Origin: Gammaproteobacteria bacterium | GTDB taxonomy: Bacteria > Pseudomonadota > Gammaproteobacteria > SZUA-140 | Reading direction: 5' to 3' | Assembly: GCA_021648525.1 (NCBI GenBank) | Contig: JAKISP010000001.1 | Span: forward strand, 2,061 to 66,060 | Length of the DNA stretch: 64,000 bases | Shown here: piece by piece, positions 22,341 to 32,426 of the stretch | How positions within the stretch are numbered: position 1 is the stretch's first letter | Layout: each line of letters opens with the position of its first letter | Notes under the pieces: generated by a model | The model's database searches: none | The model's input: the letters and a program-made list of their open reading frames with translations, nothing else | What the model was told of the DNA's origin: nothing | Translations under genes and position numbers: made by a program

Positions 22341-22440
22341 GTTGGCTTAGTCCCCTCCCCCCTTAAAGGGACTAAATCAACTCTCTAACGCGCATGGAAC
22401 TGCTCCCCCTCCCTTTTGCAGCCCATGCGCGTATCTTTAA
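22341..22440 (+). ncRNA. Candidate sRNA 1: two hairpins with C-rich anti-SD loops
   Basis: Hairpin 22341-22381 (loop CUCCCCCCUUAAA) and hairpin 22388-22432 (loop UCCCCCUCCCUUUU), then U-rich tail; no ORF. Confidence 0.7.
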
Positions 22441-22553
22441 TTATTCTTTAAATTTCATAATGATAGGCCATCAATAGCACTTTAGCATACGCCAATTGCC
22501 TGTCAATGCCCAGTGATCACCGAGCCATCGCTTAGCCAAAAAACACATTTACC

Positions 22554-22613
22554 TTAATCTATGGTAAACATAAAATACTTTTATTATCATTTATAAAACA
22601 GTCGATGCATAAT
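22554..22613 (+). promoter_or_regulatory. LysR-type promoter P2 (ATAAAA-tac-TTTTAT box, -10 CATAAT) for candidate sRNA 2
   Basis: Aligns without gaps to P1 (36/60 identical by hand count), with the same offset to the first hairpin. Confidence 0.6.
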
Positions 22614-22620
22614 AGCTTCA

Positions 22621-22718
22621 CTGCTCGGGAATTCTCTACCCTCCTCAAATGATCTCGAGCAGATTTGCATACGCATGGATCTGTCCCCCTCCTTTTTAAC
22701 GATCCATGCGTTTTTTTT
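22621..22718 (+). ncRNA. Candidate sRNA 2: two hairpins with CCCUCC loops ending in a Rho-independent terminator
   Basis: CTGCTCGGGA/TCTCGAGCAG stem (loop contains ACCCUCCUC); ACGCATGGATC/GATCCATGCGT stem (loop CCCCCUCCUUUUU) running into a U8 tract. Confidence 0.75.
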
Positions 22719-22734
22719 CTAAAAAATACCCAGT

Positions 22735-22766
22735 AAAAAAGGCGTATGTTTAACCATACACCTTTC
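22735..22766 (-). terminator. Terminator of the giant surface protein gene
   Basis: AAAAAA-GGCGTATG-tttaac-CATACACC-TTT, about 30 nt beyond the stop. Confidence 0.65.
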
Positions 22767-22797
22767 GTAGTTCGTACTAGCTTACGTTGATATCAAA

Positions 22798-25700
22798 CTA
22801 GCAAACCTTTATCCTCTTTTTTCGATGCGTGATGAACAGCCCGTACAGGCTTAGCACCACTAACGACCAGAGTGGATGCAAAATCCCACCGCCGCCACCC
22901 GATGCCGCAGTGGTGCTTTCAACCGCAACCGCAACTGCACCAATCTGCGCAGGATCTTTGATTACTCGATTAGCCTGCCCATCCATATCATTCGGACCAC
23001 CGTCCTCAATCGTCAGCTGGACACAATGGTCTCCCGCCGTCAATCCTGCAGTGAATTTTGCACTAGCGGGTAATGGGCAGATACCCGGAAGACCTGGTGC
23101 CGAGGCGATACTATTATCACCATTTTGAACAAAATCAGCCCAGCCACTGACAGGATGATACTTGCGATAGAGCGCACCAATGGGAATCGCTTCCGTCTGG
23201 GGAATCACAATCTTCACAGATTGACCGGCATTGGGCAGGTCAGCAATTTCAAAATCGAAGTAACCACCTGAATTTGGCACCGTATCCGGTGTCGTCACGG
23301 TGCCCGGATTACCCTCTCCACCACCATATGCAGAAATATCACCAGAGGTCACATACGCACCATCAGCACCAGCGGCAAAGGCAACATCGCCCAGACGTAG
23401 AATGAGTCCTGGCTCAGTACGCATAATGTATGTCTCAGTTTGAGCCGAAAAGAGCTGTAATTCATTGCCCGTTAACGTCGAGGCATCCAGATAATCAGCC
23501 AGACCATCGCCATCTGAATCCGTGAACAGCTCTATGTCATCATTAACACCATCGTTATCACTATCGACCGAAGTCAGTACAGGAGCCGCTGAGACCACCT
23601 TTAACAACAGCTCGCTGCTAATCGATATATTAGGCGTACCATTATCAGTTGCCGTCAAACGCACCTTATAGAAGCCGTCAGCCAATCCAGTCGGATCAAA
23701 AATGAAGGTAGTATCATCAGCATCATCAATTTCCACTGCTCGCAGCATCGCATTGCTCGCAATCCAACTATAAGAATGGGTATCCGCCGGGTTAGGATCC
23801 GAGACAACTGCTGTCACCACCACATTACCATCGGTCACAACCACCAGTCGCCTATCCTGCGTTGACTGAACCGCCGAGAGTGCCACATCTGCCGCTTCAT
23901 TCAGCTCAGTCGTTGTCATAGTGTGAGTATCACGCAACCCTTTACGTGCATTGGTCGGATCACCCATTGTAAAGATAATTGTTTCACCAGAATCACCAGC
24001 CCCATCATCAGAAACAGCCACCGTGAGGCTGCCGTTAACACCACTGGCAATCATAATATTACCATCCACCGCATCATGATCATCTGGGTTAGTGGCCGTG
24101 CCAGTCACCGTATAAGGAATAGTCACGGGATAGCTTAATGCTGTTCCACTCAATATGACATCCACCGTAATACTGCCACCTTCACCAATCGTTTGATCAA
24201 TCATAAAGTTGACAAAAGGAGCCACTGGTGCGGTGTCGTCATCGATCAAAATGATCGTTTCACGCGATGGCCTGTCAATGATGTAACCTGTTGAGGGCAT
24301 CAGCGTGATGATAATTGTCTCATCACCTTCCGCCGTTATATCCTGTATCGGCTTAATCGCGACCGTTTGACTATTGCTACCAACAGGAATATCAACTGAA
24401 CCCGATAGCATCTCATAATCACCGCCCGGCCATGCATTACCGCTCGTTGCATAGAAAACTCGCAAACTACTCGTAGTTAAACCAATACGGGTAAAGGTCA
24501 TCAGGCCGGAGGCAGACGCCTCGTTGATAGTCGGATTGGTCGCACTCACATTCACCCGAGGGATACCGCTGTTATCGTTATCACGATTCACCAGCAAAAC
24601 ATCATCCGCATTTATCGCGTTGTAATTAGCATCACCGCTGCTCACGGCTACAGCGGTAACTATGCTGTAATCAACATCACCATCAACACTGTTTCCGTCA
24701 TCGACACCAAATACCGTTACCGTTTTCGGCCCCCAGTCAGCAGAAGTAAAGAGTAGCTGGCTGGGTGTCACCACCCCTTCGTTCACGTTGGTACTCGACA
24801 GGTTAATCGTAACGTCATCATCTGGTTCACTTGTCAGGCGCATCGAAAATGTTACGGATCCGCCCGACTCTGTTGTTACATTCGTCTGTGGCTGTGAAAC
24901 AATAATTGATGCAATGTCATTATCAGCAATCGTCAACGTCGTATCTGCTGGTAATCCAGGCGAGTATCCACTGCCGAGCAGTAACGTAACAATGATGGTC
25001 TCTGCCGCATCAAGTACAGCATCTTCTATAAAAAACACGGGAACCGTAATATAGGTAGAACCGGCAGGTATCACCACTGAGGTACCCAGCCCTGCATAAT
25101 CAACACCCGCGCTCGCCGTGCCACTCACCAGATAATCAACCGTTAGCGGATTAGTGATCTCACCAGAACGTGAGAAGTGCAGCTCTCCAGTATCACCCTC
25201 GGCTGCACTGACTGAGGTGACAGCCACTTCTACGGCAACATCATTGTCTTCGTTGATGACAGAAACATTGTCCGGATCAATACCACTATATGCAGGGTCG
25301 GTTGTCACCACCGTCGCGAGGTCAATGATATAAGGTATACTGCCATCGGAAATAATATCATTTATCCCCGTAATGGTAACCATTTGCGGTGTGCTCCAGT
25401 TATTGATATCAAAACTCAACTGTACGAGATCAACCGTACCTTCTGTGGTTGTCAGGCTGTTAACATCAATCGTTAATGTATCGCTCGGTGCTGCAAAGGG
25501 GGCATCCAGCACCACAGTAAAGGCTGCCGAACCACCCGACTCATTTGTCACGAGACCAACGGTCGGTGTCACTGTCACACCTGGAACCTGAACATTACTC
25601 ATGTAAAGGAATACGGCACCCTCATTTCCGGTAGAGGCACTGCTCTCAATATTGATGCCGGAAGCATAAACATCAGACAGGCCATCGCCATTAATATCGC

Positions 25701-28700
25701 CAACGGTACCGACCGCAGTCCCAAGATAGTCATAACTGCCCCAGACCTCTCGATCCTTATCCGAAAAGACCGGCGTAGTTTGCAGGCTGCCAAGGCCATC
25801 ATTCAGGTAGACATACACACCGCCAGCAGCAGTAAACAAGGTCCTTCCTGGCCCACCGATAATCACATCCAGCCAGCCATCTCCATTAAAGTCACCTGCC
25901 GATGAAATCGAATCAGAACCGTAATTAGCGCTGTTATAAGGGCCGATCACAGACCAGTCGCTCTCTGTGTCTGTACGCACAATCCCATCACCGTTGGCTG
26001 CGGTGACTAGCCCTCCAGAAGCACCCGCTTTAAACAGGAATACAGCGCCTTCATAACTGGTGCTCGTAGCAATACTGTATCGTCCGGCACCAATCAACAG
26101 GTCATTAAAACCATTACCATCAATATCGCCCGCATCCGCAACAGAAGAGCCTAAATAGCCTCGAAATTTATCGCTCTCGACCATCCAGTCCGCATCTGTC
26201 ATATGGGCAATTTTATCGGCATCGGCATCATTAAAACCACTTGCTGAGCCGTAGAAAAGGTAGACACGTCCTTCATCGACACTGCCGTTATCAAAAAGCT
26301 GTGCGCCCATCACCAGGTCTGGATAGGCATCACCATTGACATTTACCGAGGCCATACTGCCCGCTCCCCGACCAGGCTGAGAGAGCGATTGATCACTCTC
26401 AAACGCCCAGTCCCAGGTCGCTTCTTCTATCACATAGATGGTTTTATTGTTGTCTGGATCCAGCCACCCATCGGCCCGATAACCGACAGGCCATAGAGTT
26501 CGATCTGCACCATAAGTCGTCGTCCACTCTACCGCATAATTTTTATACAGAAACACACGTCCTTCGTTTGCGAGATCACCATCAAAATTTGATGCGGCTA
26601 TCACCAGGTCGGTATCACCATCATTATCAAAATCATCAGCAACAACTGAAGAACCAAACAGGCCATTACTATTAGTGCTGTAAAAAAATAGCGCAGCATC
26701 CGCGATTTCCGTAATTCCATCGCCATCCAGGTCTGAAAGACCAGTGGCCGAACCATAATAGATATGCACTCGACCTCGGCCGGCGTTATAACCGACTTCT
26801 CCTACCGCCATATCCTCACAGGCATCACCATTAACATCCCCCAGATTAACCACCGTATTCCCAAAATCACCACCTACCGTGTAAATCCGTTGATCGCTTT
26901 CAGCAGAGAAACCATCTCCTGTGCCGTAATAAACACTAACATCACCTCTAAAAATATAATCACCACCGACCACCATATCCTGGGTGCCATCACAATTGAC
27001 ATCTATCATCTCTACCGCTCGGCCATGCAGTCCATTTGTGACATCAGGATCAAAGGTAATAATATTACGGTTGTTATCCTGATTGGTAACAGTGACATCC
27101 GCTGGATCAACACTGCTGTAGTTACCATCACTCGTAATCAATGTGGTTTGAATGGTGTAATCCTGATTACCATCCGTTGATTTATCATCCAGCCCGGTTA
27201 CCGTCACTGTGGTGCCACCTGCCGAAGGCGCAACATTCGCAGGGAATGTAATTGAGGCGGGAAATACCTTGCCCTCACCAGGATCACTACTGGAGAGATT
27301 GATCACTACATCCGCCGTTGGTTTTGCGCCAAGCTTGATAGTGAACGTGGCGACCCCACCACTTTCAGTGGTGGTCAAACCAGTGGTCGGCGAGACCGTA
27401 ATCGTATAACTTTCATTATCGATATTGGTCATTGCAATATCAGCAGGATCAATGCCGTTATAATCACTATCGTTTGAGACAAAGGCACTACTAATAATGT
27501 TATATGGCACATCGCCATCAACATCAAAATCATTCCTGCCCACAATAGTAACCGATGCACCGGTGTTCCAGTCAGCAGGCTGAATAGTAAAAGTAGTTGG
27601 GCCAAACAGATTACCCGACACAAAGCCTTCACTAAAATCATCTGTCTCCAGCGTAAAGGTCACGGTCGCTGTTGGCATGCTGGTGAGCCGCACAGAAAGC
27701 GGGATAAAACCACCACTTTCATTAGTATCATAACCAAAGAGTGCTACTGTGGTCATACCTGCAACTTCGTTGTCAGTATTGGTCAATGAGACATCGGTAG
27801 GATCATGAGCCGCATAAAGTGAATCAGCACTTGCCGTCACGGTGATATCAATACTGTAAGCGGTCGCCGTGTCGATAATTACATCATCAACCCCGGTCAC
27901 CACCAGTGCTTGCGGCGTTGCCCAGTCAAGCGGCGTAAAAACAAGAGAAGGGATATCGATGATACCTTCCGTGGTATCCGTTGAAACTAGCCCAATAGTG
28001 ACATCAGCGGTCGGTTCAGAATCAAGGCGTACTGTAAAACTGAGGGTGCCTAAAAGCTCTGTTGTACTGACACTATTATTGGGAGTGACGGTCACCCCCG
28101 TCGTATCGTCATCGAGATTAGCCATCGCAATCGATGGGGACAATTTGTCATCGTAATTGCTGTCGCTGCTAATAGCAGCGGCTACTAATATTTGATAGAC
28201 AATATCACCATCATCAACATCATCATTCACACCTGTAATCGTCACTGTTTGTGTGACATTCCAGTTGCCCGTGGTAAACAGAAGCCCTGGAGAGGACAAC
28301 ACACCCTCAGTGAGATCGGTGCTCTGTAGCAGGATGGTGACATTGCTGGCTGGTGCATTGCCTAACACGACATCGAAGGTCGCGGTACCGCCAGCCTCAC
28401 TTGTCGAACTACTCACTGTCGTGACATTCACCACACCGCTTCCTGCAACATTGACGACATTATAGGTCACTGCCACGGTGGCGATGACAGGTGTCGTTTC
28501 CAGGTTCGATACTAGTATGACTTTATACTGCACCCATTGATCGGCAACGGCATCTCTCAGCGCTGGCGGCATGCTTGTGCAACTAATTGCGCCTATACCA
28601 CTACAGCCTCCACTGTGAGTATCTGTCGAGTTCCAGAAGGTTGTCGATGAACCGTCTGGCCCCATCCAGCCTGACCATGCCCCGGGGACACCACCGCTAT

Positions 28701-31677
28701 CTACCGCGGTTTGAATCTGTACCTGAACATCGGTACCCGCCACAGGCAGTGTTTCATTCCAGGACAGAGCACCCAGCAGATTGGTACTATCGATTGTATT
28801 GTAGGGTGAAGAGGTCAACTGCGCCGAATCGACGTAGGTCGTGTAATTAAAGGTAATGTCATTCAAACCAGGTGTTGCATTGACATCTGTCGAAGTCATG
28901 CGAATACGATACTGAGCGTAACGATATGTTGAAAGCAGAGAAATATCACCCGTGTTTAATATGTCCGTCTGCCATGCCGTCCAGGAGCCATCCACCGTCA
29001 GCGCATCACCCGCGCGCACATCAACGGCAAGTGACGTACCGACCGGCAAGTCAGTCGTATAGTTAAGCGTTGAAAAACCAAGGTGCTGACCAAAATCGAT
29101 CACTGAAGATAAATATTCACCCGAAGTAGCATAGGGGCCAAGGTTGAATATCTCCAACCCCCGCGAACCAAGCGTCGCATAGAGCAGGTTTTTATTGGGC
29201 AACGTGCGCAGGATATTATAAGTTGTCCCGGGCTGACTCAACAATAGTTCTGGCGAAGTCGGATTGCTGATATCGAGGACCCTGGCCTGATTGCCACTTG
29301 CTGTATACAGCAGATCACCATTAACCGTAATAGGTGCATAAGAACTCGCTACCAACGAAGAAACAGTGAGCAAGATGGGCGTAGTCGGATCGCTCACATC
29401 ATAAATGTGCAATCCCCCTAGTGTATTCATATAGGCAATATCACCCTTCGCAACGACGAATCCAGGTATCCCGTCAGGGCTGAGAGTATTCACTAACTGA
29501 GGGTCTGTGGGATCTGAAACATCAAAGATCAACATACCATTCGCAGCAGTATTATCGGAAAGATAAACATACCCTTTTATGTAAGAGACATAGAAGGCAG
29601 TTCCAGGGGTATCGTAACTGCCAACCAAAACGGGCGCGGCAGGGTTAGAGACATCAATAATTTCAAGTCCGCCACTCGCAAGAGCACCGAGATAAGCATA
29701 ATTCCCCACCTTCACCACCGAAATAGTCCAGCCTGGTGTTGTCACACCACCCACCGTCACTGGCGAGGTGGGGTTGGTAATATCCACAATACTCAAGCCG
29801 TTCACGGAGGCAACGTAGGCATAGTTACCATCGATATCGACATCGTAAATACGTGAGTTGTTATGAGCGGTGCTCGCGACTAAAAGTGGAGCAGAAGGGT
29901 CTGAAACATCAATAACCCTGAACCGGGAATTAGCATTTCCTGAATCATCCGCGTTATAAAGATACCCATCACGATAAAAAGGCTTTCCGTTCAACCCGTA
30001 AAACACATCATATCGTCCCAGTGAAACTGGAGAAAGCGCAAAACTTAAGCCAATGGAAGCATCTGTGCCATCACCATCAATCTTAATGTTAGTGCCACCC
30101 GCATACTTCAAGTAGCCAATCATCGCATCAAGAAATCCTGGTGTAACAGTGCTATCGGTCGTTGCCAAAGTGATGACATACTGGAAATAACGGCGGTCAC
30201 CCAGGATTGAAACATCAGCGCCACTCGCTACCGATGAGATCGTTATCCAACTGCCATCAAAAATCGGCGTATCACCGGCTCTGACATCGACTGTTATGGC
30301 AGTTCCAGCGGGTGTCGTGTCAACAGTATACTGGAAGGTATTAAAACCATAATGCACCCCTGTATCCATCACCGAGGACTCATACGTCCCCGATGATGGA
30401 TACGTAACCCCACTGCCCAGACTCAGATGGCTAGTACCACTGCTTTGTCCGCCAAGCAGGTCCAGAATCCCATCACTATTGACATCACCCAGTGAAAAGA
30501 CACCTAGAAAACCGACATCGACACCCCCTTCCCATGAAGTATCACGCGCACCCCAGTCAGGTGCGCTCGCGGTACCAATATTGGGATACGCCCAAAAGGT
30601 TCCTGTATTCGTCCCAACAATCAAATCATCTAGACCATCGCCATTCAAATCACCCAGCGCCGGCGCTGAAAAAGAACCAACATCATCCCCGGTCTCCCAT
30701 GTAACCGGCGCACTGGTCGACCAGTCAGGGGACGTAGCACTGCTATTCACAAACGCAAAAATGAAGCCATTCCCAACCCCCGTCACCAGATCAAGGTCAC
30801 CATCATTATCAAGATCTGCTAGTGCGGGCGCTGCAACCGTGTTATTCCCATAATTAATCATGTTCGGGCCATTGAACGCGCTGTTATATTGCCATGCTGG
30901 CGACGATACGGTTCCTATATTTTCAAACCCCATATGTCGCCCATCGTTCACACCCACCAGTAGATCATAATCACCATCGCCATCAAGATCACCCGCCTCA
31001 GGCCGAACATACCCACCAGGAATCGCTGCATAATAGAGGCGCCAGCTTGTTTGAAGCGTCCAGACAGGCGATACCGCCGTGCCTGTGTTTCGATAAGCAT
31101 TAATATAATCATTGCTATATTCGCCGACCATTAAATCCAGCAAACCATCGCCATCCAGATCCACCAACGTGGGCGCAGTATTGGAACCAAGATCGGTGTG
31201 AACATTAAACTGAAGAGCATTCCACGTGGGCGTGGTTCGGGCAAGTGGCGCAATGATAACTCTACCACCCGCTATTTGAGCATCAGCCATATTAGCACCG
31301 GCCATCGAAAAATCAGCCCCCGATGAATGAGACTGAGATTTATCTGCATTTAGTGAAAAATCGCTGTCAGTAGTATGGGTCAGTGAGCGGCTTTCAGTTC
31401 CGAGCTGCAGGTCTGCGCCCGCGTTAACCACTGCCAGCGAGGTATCCTTGTTCGAATAAGTTGTCCAGCTATTTTGATTCCCCGGGTGGATAGCGTTAGT
31501 CGCTGTCGCACCGCCACCCCATGCCCCTTGATTAAAGGTACCGGATGTCGCCGCTGAGACTAAAGGGGGAACAGATAACAACAGGAGTGCAATCGTGACA
31601 ACAACCCTAAGACGAGTTTGGGCGAGGTGCGACATCAAATAACATACATCATTATAGCCAGCTCTGACTTGATACAT
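22798..31677 (-). CDS. Giant (~2960 aa) secreted surface protein/adhesin: FG-GAP/VCBS propellers, LVIVD propeller, Calx-beta/Ig-like repeats, choice-of-anchor-U-like domain, GlyGly-CTERM
   Basis: Signal peptide; many DxDGDGxxD repeats; IIDVSNPAAP/IFDVSDPTDP repeats; VTITGVNDD..DGD repeats; CVQLTIEDGGPND.DG; C-terminal SGGGGG + TM + RKKR. Start 31677 chosen for GGTAGG RBS (ORF open to 31698). Confidence 0.9.
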   Translation of the reverse strand: MYQVRAGYNDVCYLMSHLAQTRLRVVVTIALLLLSVPPLVSAATSGTFNQGAWGGGATATNAIHPGNQNSWTTYSNKDTSLAVVNAGADLQLGTESRSLTHTTDSDFSLNADKSQSHSSGADFSMAGANMADAQIAGGRVIIAPLARTTPTWNALQFNVHTDLGSNTAPTLVDLDGDGLLDLMVGEYSNDYINAYRNTGTAVSPVWTLQTSWRLYYAAIPGGYVRPEAGDLDGDGDYDLLVGVNDGRHMGFENIGTVSSPAWQYNSAFNGPNMINYGNNTVAAPALADLDNDGDLDLVTGVGNGFIFAFVNSSATSPDWSTSAPVTWETGDDVGSFSAPALGDLNGDGLDDLIVGTNTGTFWAYPNIGTASAPDWGARDTSWEGGVDVGFLGVFSLGDVNSDGILDLLGGQSSGTSHLSLGSGVTYPSSGTYESSVMDTGVHYGFNTFQYTVDTTPAGTAITVDVRAGDTPIFDGSWITISSVASGADVSILGDRRYFQYVITLATTDSTVTPGFLDAMIGYLKYAGGTNIKIDGDGTDASIGLSFALSPVSLGRYDVFYGLNGKPFYRDGYLYNADDSGNANSRFRVIDVSDPSAPLLVASTAHNNSRIYDVDIDGNYAYVASVNGLSIVDITNPTSPVTVGGVTTPGWTISVVKVGNYAYLGALASGGLEIIDVSNPAAPVLVGSYDTPGTAFYVSYIKGYVYLSDNTAANGMLIFDVSDPTDPQLVNTLSPDGIPGFVVAKGDIAYMNTLGGLHIYDVSDPTTPILLTVSSLVASSYAPITVNGDLLYTASGNQARVLDISNPTSPELLLSQPGTTYNILRTLPNKNLLYATLGSRGLEIFNLGPYATSGEYLSSVIDFGQHLGFSTLNYTTDLPVGTSLAVDVRAGDALTVDGSWTAWQTDILNTGDISLLSTYRYAQYRIRMTSTDVNATPGLNDITFNYTTYVDSAQLTSSPYNTIDSTNLLGALSWNETLPVAGTDVQVQIQTAVDSGGVPGAWSGWMGPDGSSTTFWNSTDTHSGGCSGIGAISCTSMPPALRDAVADQWVQYKVILVSNLETTPVIATVAVTYNVVNVAGSGVVNVTTVSSSTSEAGGTATFDVVLGNAPASNVTILLQSTDLTEGVLSSPGLLFTTGNWNVTQTVTITGVNDDVDDGDIVYQILVAAAISSDSNYDDKLSPSIAMANLDDDTTGVTVTPNNSVSTTELLGTLSFTVRLDSEPTADVTIGLVSTDTTEGIIDIPSLVFTPLDWATPQALVVTGVDDVIIDTATAYSIDITVTASADSLYAAHDPTDVSLTNTDNEVAGMTTVALFGYDTNESGGFIPLSVRLTSMPTATVTFTLETDDFSEGFVSGNLFGPTTFTIQPADWNTGASVTIVGRNDFDVDGDVPYNIISSAFVSNDSDYNGIDPADIAMTNIDNESYTITVSPTTGLTTTESGGVATFTIKLGAKPTADVVINLSSSDPGEGKVFPASITFPANVAPSAGGTTVTVTGLDDKSTDGNQDYTIQTTLITSDGNYSSVDPADVTVTNQDNNRNIITFDPDVTNGLHGRAVEMIDVNCDGTQDMVVGGDYIFRGDVSVYYGTGDGFSAESDQRIYTVGGDFGNTVVNLGDVNGDACEDMAVGEVGYNAGRGRVHIYYGSATGLSDLDGDGITEIADAALFFYSTNSNGLFGSSVVADDFDNDGDTDLVIAASNFDGDLANEGRVFLYKNYAVEWTTTYGADRTLWPVGYRADGWLDPDNNKTIYVIEEATWDWAFESDQSLSQPGRGAGSMASVNVNGDAYPDLVMGAQLFDNGSVDEGRVYLFYGSASGFNDADADKIAHMTDADWMVESDKFRGYLGSSVADAGDIDGNGFNDLLIGAGRYSIATSTSYEGAVFLFKAGASGGLVTAANGDGIVRTDTESDWSVIGPYNSANYGSDSISSAGDFNGDGWLDVIIGGPGRTLFTAAGGVYVYLNDGLGSLQTTPVFSDKDREVWGSYDYLGTAVGTVGDINGDGLSDVYASGINIESSASTGNEGAVFLYMSNVQVPGVTVTPTVGLVTNESGGSAAFTVVLDAPFAAPSDTLTIDVNSLTTTEGTVDLVQLSFDINNWSTPQMVTITGINDIISDGSIPYIIDLATVVTTDPAYSGIDPDNVSVINEDNDVAVEVAVTSVSAAEGDTGELHFSRSGEITNPLTVDYLVSGTASAGVDYAGLGTSVVIPAGSTYITVPVFFIEDAVLDAAETIIVTLLLGSGYSPGLPADTTLTIADNDIASIIVSQPQTNVTTESGGSVTFSMRLTSEPDDDVTINLSSTNVNEGVVTPSQLLFTSADWGPKTVTVFGVDDGNSVDGDVDYSIVTAVAVSSGDANYNAINADDVLLVNRDNDNSGIPRVNVSATNPTINEASASGLMTFTRIGLTTSSLRVFYATSGNAWPGGDYEMLSGSVDIPVGSNSQTVAIKPIQDITAEGDETIIITLMPSTGYIIDRPSRETIILIDDDTAPVAPFVNFMIDQTIGEGGSITVDVILSGTALSYPVTIPYTVTGTATNPDDHDAVDGNIMIASGVNGSLTVAVSDDGAGDSGETIIFTMGDPTNARKGLRDTHTMTTTELNEAADVALSAVQSTQDRRLVVVTDGNVVVTAVVSDPNPADTHSYSWIASNAMLRAVEIDDADDTTFIFDPTGLADGFYKVRLTATDNGTPNISISSELLLKVVSAAPVLTSVDSDNDGVNDDIELFTDSDGDGLADYLDASTLTGNELQLFSAQTETYIMRTEPGLILRLGDVAFAAGADGAYVTSGDISAYGGGEGNPGTVTTPDTVPNSGGYFDFEIADLPNAGQSVKIVIPQTEAIPIGALYRKYHPVSGWADFVQNGDNSIASAPGLPGICPLPASAKFTAGLTAGDHCVQLTIEDGGPNDMDGQANRVIKDPAQIGAVAVAVESTTAASGGGGGILHPLWSLVVLSLYGLFITHRKKRIKVC

Positions 31678-31879
31678 CGACCGCCTACCCCTTTTCAAAA
31701 TATCGAATGAAGTTTCTATCTACCATTCCAGGCACTCTATCGTGCTTTTTTCTAGCCATCCATATAACAACAGAAGGCGATATGGCATGAAGACCCATTA
31801 AAATATATCCATATATTTTGATTTTCTGCTCAGATTTTTGTGCGTAGCAAAACCTGAGCTTTAGCGCTATTACCCATGG

Positions 31880-31906
31880 TTATCGGCCAATCAAAACTAC
31901 TTTGCA
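31880..31906 (-). promoter_or_regulatory. Possible sigma28 promoter upstream of the giant surface protein
   Basis: Perfect -10 GCCGATAA on the minus strand; -35 only a weak match. Confidence 0.35.
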
Positions 31907-32426
31907 AGCATTATCCTACGCTAGAAGCTCAATAATAGCCGCGCCAGGCCTTAAACCTCCTTCTAAAATCAACATTTAACCAATGAATACAATCAGGTAA
32001 CAATATTCCGCATCCTAAAAGCAAAAAAGTAGGTAAAACGGCTAAAAATCACCAATTGTGATAAAGCATACCGGTTGAAAAGGGGAATATTCTACATTGT
32101 GAACCGCAAGGTTAATCATGAGCCTTCGCCAAAAGACTTTTCTGAAATATTAAGGTCAGAATAATACATAAAAAATGTAAAATTATTATAAATCAAAGCA
32201 TTGTATTGTATTGTATTTCAAATCAACAGCATCATCGCACTCTGCCTTGTGTGCAGTATTACATCTTTGCTCTTGATTTCATGCCTATGATGGAGGAAGC
32301 CCGACACTAACTCATTACAACTCATATTTTCACTATCACTGCCGACATGTAGCATATGAGCTAGCACTATACCTCTAGCACATTTAGGCTTATAGTCAGC
32401 TTATTCTCATCTCGTATCACGATGCA

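Noticed and set aside
22341..22718. Repeated hairpins as a CRISPR array or REP cluster
   Set aside because: No identical direct repeats with regular spacers, no cas genes, and conservation is in loops and promoters rather than in the repeat sequence
22829..31103. Many plus-strand ORFs of 65-138 aa inside the giant gene, and similar antisense ORFs throughout the window
   Set aside because: Shadow frames of long coding genes with no RBS or recognisable motifs
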